Below are positions 14,395 to 26,980 of a DNA stretch of 54,143 bases, in pieces. The DNA lies in contig RHPI01000385.1 of the NCBI GenBank assembly GCA_009103225.1, forward strand, positions 556,480 through 610,622, read 5' to 3'. Source of the stretch: Chlorokybus atmophyticus (Eukaryota > Plantae > Mesostigma and Chlorokybus algae). Below the pieces are notes generated by a model. It worked only from the letters and a program-made list of their open reading frames with translations, did no database searches and had not been told where the DNA came from. Numbering within the stretch: position 1 is the first letter of the stretch; each line of letters opens with the position of its first letter. Both the position numbers and the translations under genes were made by a program.

Positions 14395-16509
14395 TTGCCA
14401 AATCAGCGGCGTACCCAGCAGGTGTTGTGGCTGTCATGCGCATGCTTGTCGGTGGCGCAACGCATCATTGATACCGGCTTTCAGGTTCATACTTCATGAC
14501 TTTGGGCTGAGACTTACGGTCATCACATCGAGGTGTATCTCAATTACGCTGGTAGGACTCACATGTGACAGAAAATCGCTGGTTATGACTACTTCGGTAG
14601 ATGTATGGTAGTTGTGGCAGCTAAAGTGATTAAAACGGTTGTAGAGGCGCGGTAGGAGGGTATGTAAGTGTCCATGACTTGTATTACAGCTAGCTGAGCG
14701 CAAGCCCCTCGTTCTATTTGGAGTATACATCTACTTGAAGAGGCTTCAAGACTTAGTTGGTCGGTGCCTTGGTTGTATGCTTGCTTGGAGTGTGCACATC
14801 CTTGAATATGCTTGTGTATGAGCGCGTGCCACACCTTGTGAACGGACTTAGCCTCACCTTCCCGTGCACCACATGTCAATTGCAAGTAGAGAAGCCCGTG
14901 CTCGAATCTAGGTTGGCGTAAACACGCACTTGTTGTGCGTTTCGTATCATGTGTATGAGTATGTACTCTAGTGGGGCAGCTTCGGAAGGATCATGAGCTA
15001 GCACATGCGTGAAGAAAGCTACAACATGTGAAGGTGGAGAAGGAGCAGCATCATGAGGCCACGACGAGCGGGTGAACAACATCATCAAGCGACAACATCA
15101 TCAAGCGACAACTCAAAGTCATCGCACGTGCTATGCTTTCCGGTAGGCTGATCATCCTAATGACTATCAATAGTCAATGCCTACTGACATGTAGCTAGGT
15201 ATGCGCAAGGCTCTTTACGCATTAGCTGCGAGTATAGAGAAGGCATCGCTCGCTTGTTTTGTGACAGATTGATTGTTGGTAGGGCCTAGCGGCAGACACT
15301 AACTGGCTGCACCCGGTCACATAACAACGATAGTAACGTGCTGACCTTTAAACTCTTGGTGCTCGCATGGGAAGACTCGCTTCACCAACTGTAATGCTAG
15401 CATACGCCTGCCTAGCATATATGGCTGGTAGTGTGATGCTGGCAGTGACGCTGATTGGCTACATGCGTACGGTTCAGAGCAGCTCTAGGCACATACATGC
15501 ACCAACAGAAGCACGGCATAGGTTGTGGGTTGACTTGCATGCTATTTAAAATACCTTAATGCACCAACTGTCTAGCGAACTTTTGCAAGAAGGCTACTCA
15601 ACCGCTCTTTTGGGTATTGGTCAGCAGGATGTAATCCAATTGGGCGCTCCTTCAGACTGTGGTGTGTCAGTCTGGTGCTGGGAGCGTCGTGCTGCAGCAC
15701 TAGCCTCGAGAACAATAACTATCACTATGCATGGGCAATTTCGTCACGCATCTTTGTACACTTGAGAATTTTATTGCAACTCAGCATGCGCGATTCCCTC
15801 TTGCATCTTCTGTACACATCACTTTTCATTACCATAGCCGGCCATTTGGTTAAGTTATATATTATATATATAGTGTAACAGTTAAGTGGGAAGGGTTGTT
15901 GTCTGTGGGTGCGACAGTGCTTTAGTGTGGCTGAGTGTGCGCCACGCACTCACTCACACGCGCACACACGGTGTGTGTGCGCGTGGGTGCAAGCACACGT
16001 GCGCGTGCATGCGTGTGCGAGTGGGAGCATATGAAGGGTATATGCTGTTTCGTCGTTCTACGTACACTATCACATGCATAGCTATGCAGGTTGCAGGCAA
16101 CGCCACTCACAAATCACTCACAGCGTCACAACACAGTTACCATGCGTGCATTGCTGACCGGGGCAACAGGTGTTAGAGCTAGTCGTAGTTGATAGATAGC
16201 ATGCAGGCGCATGCCGTAGCCCGGTGGTTGAGTTGGTGAGTGTTTGTTGTATTCGTAACACTGCATATGCACGTGGCTTTGCATGTACAAATGCCTCTTT
16301 TGCCTCTTTTGTACACTGCTAGCGTACGACCACACGGGTTGCATTCACTACACTCTCTACTACCACTACCTTGCCTACCTCATGAGACATGCCAAGCAGT
16401 GCAAGGGGCATCTTATGTACACACCATGTCCTTGGCATCATGTGTACACAAGATACAACGGACATTACGCAAATGCAATTTTACGTGCACATGCAATATG
16501 TACAGAAGG

Positions 16510-16676
16510 TGATAGGCCGGAATGTGTGTGCAAGTGCATGTGTGTGTGCGCTTGTGCGCGCGTGTGTTTTGCGTGCGTGCGTGCGTGCGCGTGCGAGTGT
16601 GTGCGCGCGCGCGCATGAGTTTAAGTGCGTGTGCCTTGTCTATATAATATTGGGTGTTGTTGTCCAACAGGCGGCA

Positions 16677-16713
<37 letters not shown>

Positions 16714-16915
16714 GTATATATACACATATGTATATATATACATATGTATATACATATATATATATATATGTATATATACACATATGTATATATATACATA
16801 TGTATATACATATATATACACACATAAACACATACATAAATATAATGTGTGTATATGTATGTAATATATATACATGTATATTGTATGTAACATAAATACA
16901 TAATATACATGTTTA
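16510..16915. repeat. Compound (GT/GC)n then (TA/CA)n microsatellite
   Basis: gtgtgtgcgcgtgc tract followed by tatatatacatatgtatata repeats. This explains the low-complexity ORFs called here. Confidence 0.95.
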
Positions 16916-16919
16916 TATT

Positions 16920-19300
16920 AAGCTAATCATCGTGTGCTGCAGTTTTTGTATGGAACCGTGCTACGCTATCACCCAACAAATACCAACAGGTTTTGGTTTT
17001 GGGGCCTTTACAATTTGTTGTTGGCCATATATGGCACGAGTATGGAAGAATGCTATGCAGTTTGAAATTAAGTTGTCACAATCCGATTTGTAATTTTTAT
17101 TGTACAAGTATTAATAATGGTATAGTAGCCATCCGAGTAGTAGTCCGCCAATTTATTCTCAAACCTGACTTTTAATTGATGTGCAGGTATTTTCACCTGA
17201 TAACACCTAAGATTAAAATGATGCGCAACGTTAACGTGTATGCCATGCCGTTGATTAATATAGTTAGAATGGATTGGGTAAGCAACATTGACGTATGGAT
17301 TAAAATACATTGATATTAGCGATTCAATTACCGATACCAATTCCAATATCAAGATAATTGGCGGGGCAACCATGCCTAGAGCTAGCTAGAGCGGGGCACC
17401 GATTTGTGAGGTCAAATTCGGTTAACATGCATATTGGCCAGGCTGCTCAAACAACCATGCATTATAACGGCAAGTGCAGTTTTGGTCGCGAACATTTCCC
17501 AACATATGTGGCATGGAGTGGGGTTAGAGGCGGCGACGAGGGCGAGCACGGGAGCATAGGTGTCCTCTGGCGCGCCTGGCATATCTTAGTTCGTAAGGTT
17601 GGGCGTTGGCAAGATCTCCGCCTTCGTACAATAGTTTTGCAGCCTGGGGTTCCTCCATCAAGTTACAACCAGCGGCAACGCTATTCTTCAAACCGCTGAT
17701 GACGTCAGCGACTACCCACATGACGACAGAATCAAACGTCAAGCCGCTGCTGAAATTAGCGATCCTTTTTTGTTAAATTGGCCATCGATATGACATTCTT
17801 GGTCGCGGGCTTTGCCGTAAGACTTCATTCGCTTGGCAACTTATTAAAATACGAGATAGTCTATGAAGGTGTTTTTTCAACAACAGCCCTACTTAAAAAC
17901 TCTGTTGTAGTCGAAAATGAGAGTCTTTACCAGACACTACAAGAAGTGGCTATGCAGTTGCCCCTCAATGCGCCATTACCGTCAATGTCGGTGCTTTGAC
18001 TTTGATTAAGACATGTTCGTCATTGTGCGTTGTCTGTGCGGTAGCTATCACATGACACATGGCTTGCTGACGCCCTTGATATGGCAGACCCTTAAAACCA
18101 GTATCGACAGCACAGCTGTTAAGTGGGTTGGGGTGGGAGTGTGTTGCTTGTGCATAACCTTGAGTGTTATACATGAATCGTGTTGTACACACCATGTTTA
18201 TCATGTGAAGTGACTTTATACGATAAAAGTGCTTTGCGAGCAAGCCAGCAATAAACATAGCATTGCCTCGTTGCAAAGTTTGCAATGGCATGGGCATAAG
18301 TGTTGTTGCATGTGGGCATGGCTTGTTAAGTATCATGTTGAGCTCTATGCGTGGAATATAAATGCAACGAAAAAACTTCATTGACAGTTTAAATAATCAA
18401 CCGCCGATTGCTAGAGTAGAAAGCTAGAAGATATGTCGATTATTTAGCAATCGATTACAAAGTCCATTGCTGAAAGATAATTGACGATGGGCGGCTGCAT
18501 CAGCACAAGTAACTTGTTGGCTTGCAGGCATTGCTGACTCAGATTTAGACTCATCGGGAACAGCCCAGCCTTGCTGCATGTACAAGATGCAGCTTGATAT
18601 GATTGCTCTGCTAGCAGGGTGAGTCACGCAGCAGCTAACATTCTCTTCAAAGCTATCGTTAATGTTACTTCTACACCAAAATTGTTCTGTTCATACAACC
18701 ATACAAGTAGTAATTATATATCATATATATTTTGGTAAATAATATATAATCCATAAATGTTAAGGTATTGTCATGTTGTAGCTATAATTGTGTGATTATA
18801 ATTCACAGCATTAGCAGCACCACATGGCATTCAATGATGTAACAAGGTTTTTTTTGACCTTCGGGTAGACATATGCTATGAAAAGTCGTTATTACCTGAC
18901 CAGCTGTATGCAAAGGCTCATAACCGCATGCTGTAAATGACATATATATGTGTCATCAACAATGCTATAACATTTGATCTTACGAAAACATTGGCTTGTC
19001 AATTTTTATACATACTTACACGTGCGCTATTATCATTTCATCAACACTTCTTACTACAACAATGACATATAAATATCGTTGACAATTGATTATCACAGCT
19101 CTCTAATTAGTTGAGATTGCGTACAATACAGTTTGATAAGTTGTTTGTTGCTAGACGACAATACACCATAATTATAGTGTTCGTTACTTCACGCCATTAA
19201 CTAAGCAATAAATCCTTTGAGAAAAGCCCTTATGGATATAAATCAGCAAGCTATTAGCATATGAATGCATTGCAAGTCGTGTTACGTTTACTATGAAACA
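16920..19300. other. AT-rich segment with only stop-ridden ORF fragments; origin unknown
   Basis: Visibly more AT-rich than the flanks. No intact gene recognised. Confidence 0.4.
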
Positions 19301-19882
19301 CATTTTATGTGAGATGCAATGCATGGCATGCGCCTCTTATGCAGCTGCTGCAAGTTATGCTATGCGCTACTACAAGCATGCCTATATGATACAGTCCATG
19401 AACATATGTGTGCACTCTGTTCATGTGGACTGCATCACACAGTATCATACAGTCAGTATGCTCGTCTGAACGCTGGCATGCCCAATGCATGCATAGAAAT
19501 TTCCAAACTAACGCACATGGGTGACATCACATGTGCCATTGTGAACGTACGGTCGCAGGTGCAGGCAAATATTGCACTTTTTTTGGCTGCCGTCACCCAG
19601 TTAGGCCGCGCAAGCCCCAGTCACGTTTACCAACGTCATAACCGAGGCATGAGTAAGCTCAGACAGCCGATATCACTAAAGTCCTATCCTAACCGACTCT
19701 GATATCGGTAGCAGCATTCAGAACGAGGTTGCCTCTGGTTTGCGTGACGGCGATCGTTGACCGCTGTTAGGCTTTTGGAAGTTTCTGGCCCAGCGGAAGC
19801 TAGCGGAAAGCCTAGGCGGTGAGGCGGCGGCGGCGGTGGTGGTTGCTGTGGGCGGCGTTGGTTTTCGGAGCGTTGCGCAGCC

Positions 19883-21600
19883 ATGGACCGCTTTTCACAG
19901 AGATTCAGCCATGCCGGCAGCGTCGACTTCGACGCCCTTAAGAGCTTCCGCCCACTGTGAGTTTTCACCCAGAATCCCTGCACAGCAGGCTCAGTCGATT
20001 GCTTGCTGTGCGGGCGTTCGTTTGTGTGCTTGGTTATCGTATCATCTTGGTTATTTTTCCTGTTTGTCTCAAGCAACACTGCAATCTTTTGCCACGGGCG
20101 TCGCCACTTGGCCGTGTCATGCCAAAACCCTCCACAGCAAAAAACGAAATTATTACCGTAGTGCAGCGCAGGAGTGATGCTGTGTGTGAATTGTGCGTGC
20201 AGCAGCAGTATGGTCTTCTACAACGTCGTTGTTGTGGTTGTAGCTGTTACCGTAAGTGACCTAACGTCATTTGCGTGCACCTTAAACCAACAGGACACCT
20301 AGCGTGGTGAACCATTTGCGGGACGTGTACGCTGTGCTTGCGGTGTGCTTGTTGAGCGCTGCGGCCGGCACGTATGTGCACATGCTGTTGAACGTGGGCG
20401 GAGCTCTCACCCTCGTGGCGACTGTCGGCACCCTCGTATGGCTCGCAGCCACACCTCCAACACCCGATTACCAGGCACGTACTCCCCTTTTCAGAAACGC
20501 ACTGCACTGTCGTTTCTGAAGTTAGAGCGGTCGTGCCAATGTTCAAGTTTCAGACGCACAATTATCAGCATTTATACGCAACGGGCATGGAACGGTGATG
20601 CTGAGGTGTGCGTGTGCCTTTACTGCAGGCCAAGCGCACGTCGCTCCTTTTGGGCACAGCATTCCTCCAGGGCTGTTGTATCGGCCCTCTTGTTGAGCAA
20701 GTCATCAACATCGACCCAAGGTGAAATCATATCAATGACAGCATCCTTTGTGATACTTGGAGTCGCACATGGTGTTTTTCAGTCTGGGTTTCTGCTAATG
20801 CTCATGTGACTGCTTGCACTGCAGCATTGTTGTGACCGCCTTTTTGGGCACCATGGCCGTGTTTGCCTGTTTCACGGGTGCTGCCTGCTTCGCCAAGCGG
20901 AGGTCACTTCTGTACTTGGGCGGTATGTTCCAAGCACAGCATTAACTGCAATTCTTACCTTTACTTTGGCATGTGATTGCTCTCCGTATGATGTCGCGTA
21001 TGTTGAAACCTGTGCAACTGCACATCCTCTCACACACACACCCGTCTCAGGCATTTTGTCATCCGTTCTTGGCGTCTTTGCCATGCTGCGGTTTGCATCA
21101 CTGTTCTTTGGAGGCCGAGTGATGGTTTTTCAAGCAGAGGTGAGCTAACACTGGTGTACAGTGCCATTGTTGCATAAGCCCTCAATGAGCTCAACTCACC
21201 AACTCTTTTGCTTGGCAGTTGTACCTCGGGCTTCTGGTCTTCTGTGGTTACGTGTTGTACGACACTCAGGTATGGTTACTGCGGCAGTAGCACTCGCACC
21301 GTGCATGTGCCTGCGTTGACACGATTGCTGTGGACAGCTCATGATTGAGAAGGCGCATCGCGGTGACCGGGATGTTGTCATGCACGCACTGGAGCTCTTT
21401 GTCGACTTCATCGCCATCTTCGTGCGGCTACTCATCATCCTGGTATTTTCTCTTCTTTCTTTTTATTAGCATAGTGCGCAAGCTGACGTAGCATCTTCGC
21501 GCTGTACAACCAGTCACTCGTTGCATGTGCTGTGCAGGCTTCAAAGGAGGAGAAGGACAAGCGCGAGAAGAGCCGCCGGGGCAACACCACTCGCCGCTAG
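19883..21600 (+). CDS. BI1: Bax inhibitor-1 (TMBIM6); exons 19883-19956, 20294-20474, 20629-20720, 20825-20922, 21051-21139, 21219-21269, 21338-21442, 21538-21600
   Basis: [80 protein letters not shown], basic tail. Intron 2 needs a GC donor. Confidence 0.95.
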
Positions 21601-22570
21601 ACGGCCGGGCACGCGCAGTGGGTAACCTCTTTTATGTTCGGATGCTTCGCTTGCTGCTTGATTACACTATGTACATTGTTGAAAGGCGGTGGTAAATAGG
21701 TCCTGTTCAGGTCAGTTGTAGGCAGCGTGGACTTGCGCGTTGCATGTTGTGATGTGGCCTGAGACTGGAGTATGATGATGTAGAGTACTGTAGGTAAGCT
21801 CACTGAAGTGAAGTAATATTGCTCAGTTATGCTGGTTGTTCTGTTTCTGCCATGGCCATCTGCATGGCCATTACTTGCGCAAGCAGTAGCTTGGAGCAAC
21901 TTGTTGCCACAGTGCTTTCCCCTGAACCAAACCACCCTAGCTACACCTTTGACATCATGTGGCCCGTAATGAGTTTGCAAGGTTGTGACAAGCGCTTGGT
22001 GTGCAAGGCTTTGCGCCAGCATTCCTCTTCACATTTCTCACATCCTTGCTGTATGGTTGCTGCATCAATGCGCATCCCTCGCGTCACTTTCGTAATGAGC
22101 AACTCACCGCGCTGACGGCTATGAATCGCAAAACTACAGTACAAGTAGCAAACTGTCCTGTTCAAGCCATCCCTACATATTCATTTCACCTATGCTCACA
22201 AGTTTTGAAACACCCAGCTTACAGTGCCGAGCAGTCCTGCACATAAACGCTAGTAGTACAAGGGTCCCCGTGCTTATCACCAACTCCGCAGTCATACTTC
22301 AGCTACCATACGCACTGCTGGAGCCGGCGGCACAACCTGTGCATACCGTCAGTGAGAGGGCAAACGTTATGATAATGTAGTCAAGGTAACACATGGTGTG
22401 GTCATCTCTTGCAACACAGAGCTGCAAAGAGACTCGGGCGTTGCAAGCGATTACCTACCACCGGCACAAGCACTGCCGCACACTTGTCGTGCATGTTTGA
22501 TGTGCCTCACTGCACTGCAAGTATGCTTCACAGGCTGATACGCTCATCTTGCAACAATGTGGAGCACACC

Positions 22571-23466
22571 TCATGTCAAGCCTCGGTCGCCTCTGCTTTG
22601 CTGCGGCTGCGGCTGCAGATGTGGGTGTCGACGAGGGGGCTTGTTGATCGTTATCTTGGGCTTCTTCTTCTTGCGTCCGGTTATCTCCTGCACGAGCGGC
22701 ACGTGGCGCAGCACCAGCTTCCACGCAGCAAACCACACTGCGAACCAAAGGGAACAAATTGTGAGCTGCTTGCCTCTCTCTTAATCCATCCCTTGCTCCC
22801 AGCCTCACTCGACACCATACAGGGTGACACATGGTGCGCGCGCCAACAGACTAGGGCAGACTTGCTCACAGGTACATACATGCCAAGCGCATTTCCTCAC
22901 AGGGGAGTGAACACGACTGATCAGCTCAGCACACCTTCAACAGCCGACAGACGAGAGACGCATGCATGGTACCAGGAGAAAACAAACACAACTCTCTGTA
23001 AAACTGTGCTGCTGAATAAAGTATTGGTTCGTCTCACTCTGTTTGTACAGGATTGATTAAGCAAGACTTGTCAGTGATTACTTTGCACTTGCAGCTGGTG
23101 TGTACTTGTGCTGACCATTGCGTATAAAAACGCGCGAGCAGGAGCGGGAAGATGATCGCATGCAACCAGTTCGTGTCCAGTCTGTTTCAACTGTTGCCAT
23201 TCTTATTCCTCGCGTCATGTCCACATCCATGACGCGCAGCGCAGCCAACAACACCAGTATGCAACACAAGCATGGCTCCGAGGCTTTGCGCAGAACCAGT
23301 GTTTCCCTTCCCCCCGTGGTCACACTGCGTGTGATTGGATTGACTGACCGAGGGCGATGGCTCCAGCGACAACGGCGAGTGCGGCTGCTGTCTGCAGCGC
23401 CAGCGCCGCATACACCCTCCACACCTCCACCTCACCCTCACCCTCACCCTCGCCGACCGCCACCAT
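22571..23466 (-). CDS. Small single-pass membrane protein (~94 aa), SMIM13-like; exons 23466-23349, 22737-22571
   Basis: The phase-1 GT-AG junction gives ...ALAVVAGAIAL-V-WFAAWKLVLRHVPLVQEITGRKKKKPK. W..W.L.L.....L.E..G recalls SMIM13 from memory. The start could be the upstream in-frame ATG near 23514. Confidence 0.65.
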
Positions 23467-23687
23467 CGCCCCCACCCACCCACCACAACAACGCCGACGA
23501 TGCCGACGACGCATGCCGACAGTCGACCGAGCTAGAACCGATCTGACCCAGTTGCACCGATCAGGGTCAAGGTATCGCACACAGCGTTAAGGCGTTAGCC
23601 TGCCGGTTTAGTGGGCTAAGTTAAGTCTCTCAACGGCGGCGGCGGCGGCGGCGACAGGGAAAGGAGAGGGGTAAGGGGAGGGGGCAG

Positions 23688-26600
23688 ATGGCGTCTGATG
23701 ACGCAACCATGGTGCTAGCAGCGGGTAAGAGCCATGCTCAATGCCGGTCCTTGATCCGCGCTCATGCGCATAACTCATGATTGGCTGCCATGCGTTCTGC
23801 CTTGTGTGTATGCTACTAGCAAGCCTCCTGTGTGCTGCTATCTCGCGCAGCCGAGCTGCATCAGATTGGCCTTCGCGCGCTTGCATGTTGTTTGTTTGTT
23901 GCGACTTGCTCGCTGCTTGTCGCAACAAACAACTGCTGCAGGCTTGCAGCGCAGCTGAGACACTCATCATGTATGTGTCCCCGCATCGATTTGGTTACTG
24001 CTGCTGATAATGGTGTTGGAGTTGGTTTTGGTGTCATTGTCTGATGGCGAGACGACATAAAGTATCCCGATTCATGCGGATTCAACCAACAGCCTACGTC
24101 TTGTGTACAAGCGCACGCTATGCGTTGCGGTTGTGCGGTTGTGCGTGCGTGCGTGCGCGTAGATGTGTACCACTTGCTGTAGTGGTGTGCTTGCCAGTCC
24201 AGCAGCTCGCATGCACATGTCTCAACATCACCGCAGACCCATCTAGTAGCAGGGATGTGACTCTTTGCATGCGTGGTTGCCTCCTCAGAATGAGATAGGA
24301 CGTGATGGCGTACATGCTACTACTACTGCGTGCATGCTATGCTTGACACACGCACTCGCAAGCAGCAACGCCTCCTCCTAAGCCGGCGCCAAAGCGTTTC
24401 GTGCGTCAGCAAGTGCCTCAGGACATCCTGGACGACCCGGACTTGGCGGACGCAATGGAGGCGCTCCCATTCAACTACAACTTTGAGGCAAGACACGCGC
24501 GTGTGTGCACGCATGTCTCTCAGATAGACGCTGTCATCTTCACCATCATCAGCACGCATGCGTGCGTGCGTCCGCTGTGCATGTCCCGCCACCACGCACA
24601 CGCACTCTTGCATGCCCAGGTGCACAAGACGGTGTGGCGAGTACGCCAGTCGGGCGCGAAGCGTGTGGTGCTGCAGTTCCCCGAGGGCCTCATGCTCTAC
24701 GCCACCACACTCGCAGACATCATCCAGCGGTATGAGGTGTAGTCGCACTCGTTACCGCGCGCGTCTCAGTAGTCGGAAGCCCACATGTGTTTGTGTGGGG
24801 CGCGCAGGTTCGGGCACGCGGAGCAGTGCTTCATCTTGGGGGACGTCACGTACGGCGCGTGCTGCATCGACGACCTCGCGGCAGAGGCGCTCCAGGCAGA
24901 CTTCCTCGTGCACTATGGCCACTCCTGCCTTGGTGCGTGAGAGGAACAATATGCAGCGTGCGTGTGCGTGTGCGTGCGGGCACATGCGCATGGGTGCGTG
25001 TGTGCGACAGTACCTTTCGTGCAGTCCCTGTGGACGTGACGCGCGTGCCTTGCCTGTACGTCTTTGTGGACATCGCGTTCGACACCGCCCACCTCGTCAA
25101 GTCCGTCCGCCACAACTTCAAGCCGGGCGCCCGCCTCGCCCTCGCAGGCACCATCCAATTTGCCGCATCACTCCAGGTACGCACACACGCACGCACCAGA
25201 TACAAGAGACAACATTCGAGCATCCTCATCCTCATCCTCATCCTCATCATCTTCTTACTGCAGGCTGCGCGGAGGGAGTTGGCGGTGGACTACCCTTCCC
25301 TTGCCATCCCGCAGGCGAAGCCGCTGTCTCCCGGCGAGGTGCTCGGATGCACGGCGCCCGTCGTACCGCCAGAAACCGATGCCATCGTGTGAGAGTTGCA
25401 GGATGATGAGTCCTCGACTGAAACAGGCACTTGGCATTGAACTAGATCCGAATCTTCTTTCCATCCATGCAGGTTTGTCGCGGATGGGAGGTTTCATCTT
25501 GAGGCCATCATGATCGCCAACCCTTCCATACCTGCGTACAGGTGAGGCAGTGCCCAGTGCTGCTTCTTGTTTCATATGAGAGTCTCATGGCCCCACCGCA
25601 AAGCAGAACCCATCTGTTAACCTCATCATACAACCACATTGGCAGGTTTGACCCGTACTCGAAGGTGCTGACCATCGAAGAGTACGACCACCCCGGCATG
25701 CGTGCAGCAAGGAGGTACACGTGTGTGTGTTGTGTGGGTGGGTGGGNNNNNNNNNNNNNNNNNNNNNNNNNNNNNNNNNNNNNNNNNNNNNNNNNNNNNN
25801 NNNNNNNNNNNNNNNNNNNNNNNNNNNNNNNNNNNNNNNNNNNNNNNNNNNNNNNNNNNNNNNNNNNNNNNNNNNNNNNNNNNNNNNNNNNNNNNNNNNN
25901 NNNNNNNNNNNNNNNNNNNNNNNNNNNNNNNNNNNNNNNNNNNNNNNNNNNNNNNNNNNNNNNNNNNNNNNNNNNNNNNNNNNNNNNNNNNNNNNNNNNN
26001 NNNNNNNNNNNNNNNNNNNNNNNNNNNNNNNNNNNNNNNNNNNNNNNNNNNNNNNNNNNNNNNNNNNNNNNNNNNNNNNNNNNNNNNNNNNNNNNNNNNN
26101 NNNNNNNNNNNNNNNNNNNNNNNNNGAAGGGCGCGCGCGCGCGTGAGGGTCTGTCGAGTTCCACAAGCATGCTGAGTTGAGTGTGGAGCTGACTCATCGT
26201 GCTCTCCTGGTGATGGTGAGCAGGAGAGCGGTGGAGCGCGCGATGAGCGCCAAGCGGTTTGGGGTGATTCTGGGCACGCTCGGGAGGCAAGGCAACCCGC
26301 GCATACTGCAGGTGGGTGACTAGTAGCAGCCTCCATTGAATGACGCGCGTGTAAGTCAAAGTGTGCCACCTGTTGTAGTCTGCAAGCTCAGGATGCTTTG
26401 TGTATGTAGCACGTTGAAGACAGGCTAGCGTGCAAGGGGCTCGAGTACACGGTGTTCCTGCTCTCAGAGGTGTTGCCGCAGAAGCTACGCCAGATCACAG
26501 ACGTAGAAGCGTAAGCACACCTGCACTTGTCTGTGTGCCTGCACGCGCATGTGTGTGCATATACGTGCACGCGCATATGCACGGGTGGGAGAAGCATACA

Positions 26601-26980
26601 TGTGAAGTCCATGTACAGCATTGCGCATCCCGCCAGTCCTCGCACTGTGTGTCTCCCACAGTTGGATCCAGATCGCTTGCCCGCGTCTGTCCATCGACTG
26701 GGGCGAAGGCTTCGACCGGCCTCTTCTCACGCCTTTCGAGTCCGAGGTCGCGCTCGGGGCCGTCTCTCCATGGTGGGCCTCGTCGACACGACCCATCGAT
26801 CAACACTACCCGATGGACTACTACGCGCGGGACGGCGGGCCGTGGAACTCCGTGTACAAGCCCAAAGCGAGAGAGAGGGCGGCGGCCGCGACGAGGGGCG
26901 GCACGTGTAGTGGAAGCGGGTGTGGCAGCGGCAGCGGGTGCGGGGCTTGTGGGGCAGCAACCAGGACGCAACGGCTGTGA
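23688..26980 (+). CDS. DPH1: Diphthamide biosynthesis protein 1; exons 23688-23724 (tentative), 24363-24487, 24620-24729, 24808-24932, 25025-25176, 25264-25388, 25473-25541, 25646-25714, 26224-26311, 26410-26510, 26662-26980
   Basis: NYNFE|[90 protein letters not shown]. The three Fe-S cysteines are present. Confidence 0.95.
25747..26125. other. Assembly gap within a DPH1 intron
   Basis: N run flanked by GT/GGGT and GC repeats. Confidence 0.99.

Noticed and set aside
16389-16910. Y/I/M/C-rich ORFs on both strands
   Set aside because: Translations of the microsatellite.
25508-26369. Long ORFs spanning N runs (also 35169-36028)
   Set aside because: Artefacts of reading through assembly gaps.
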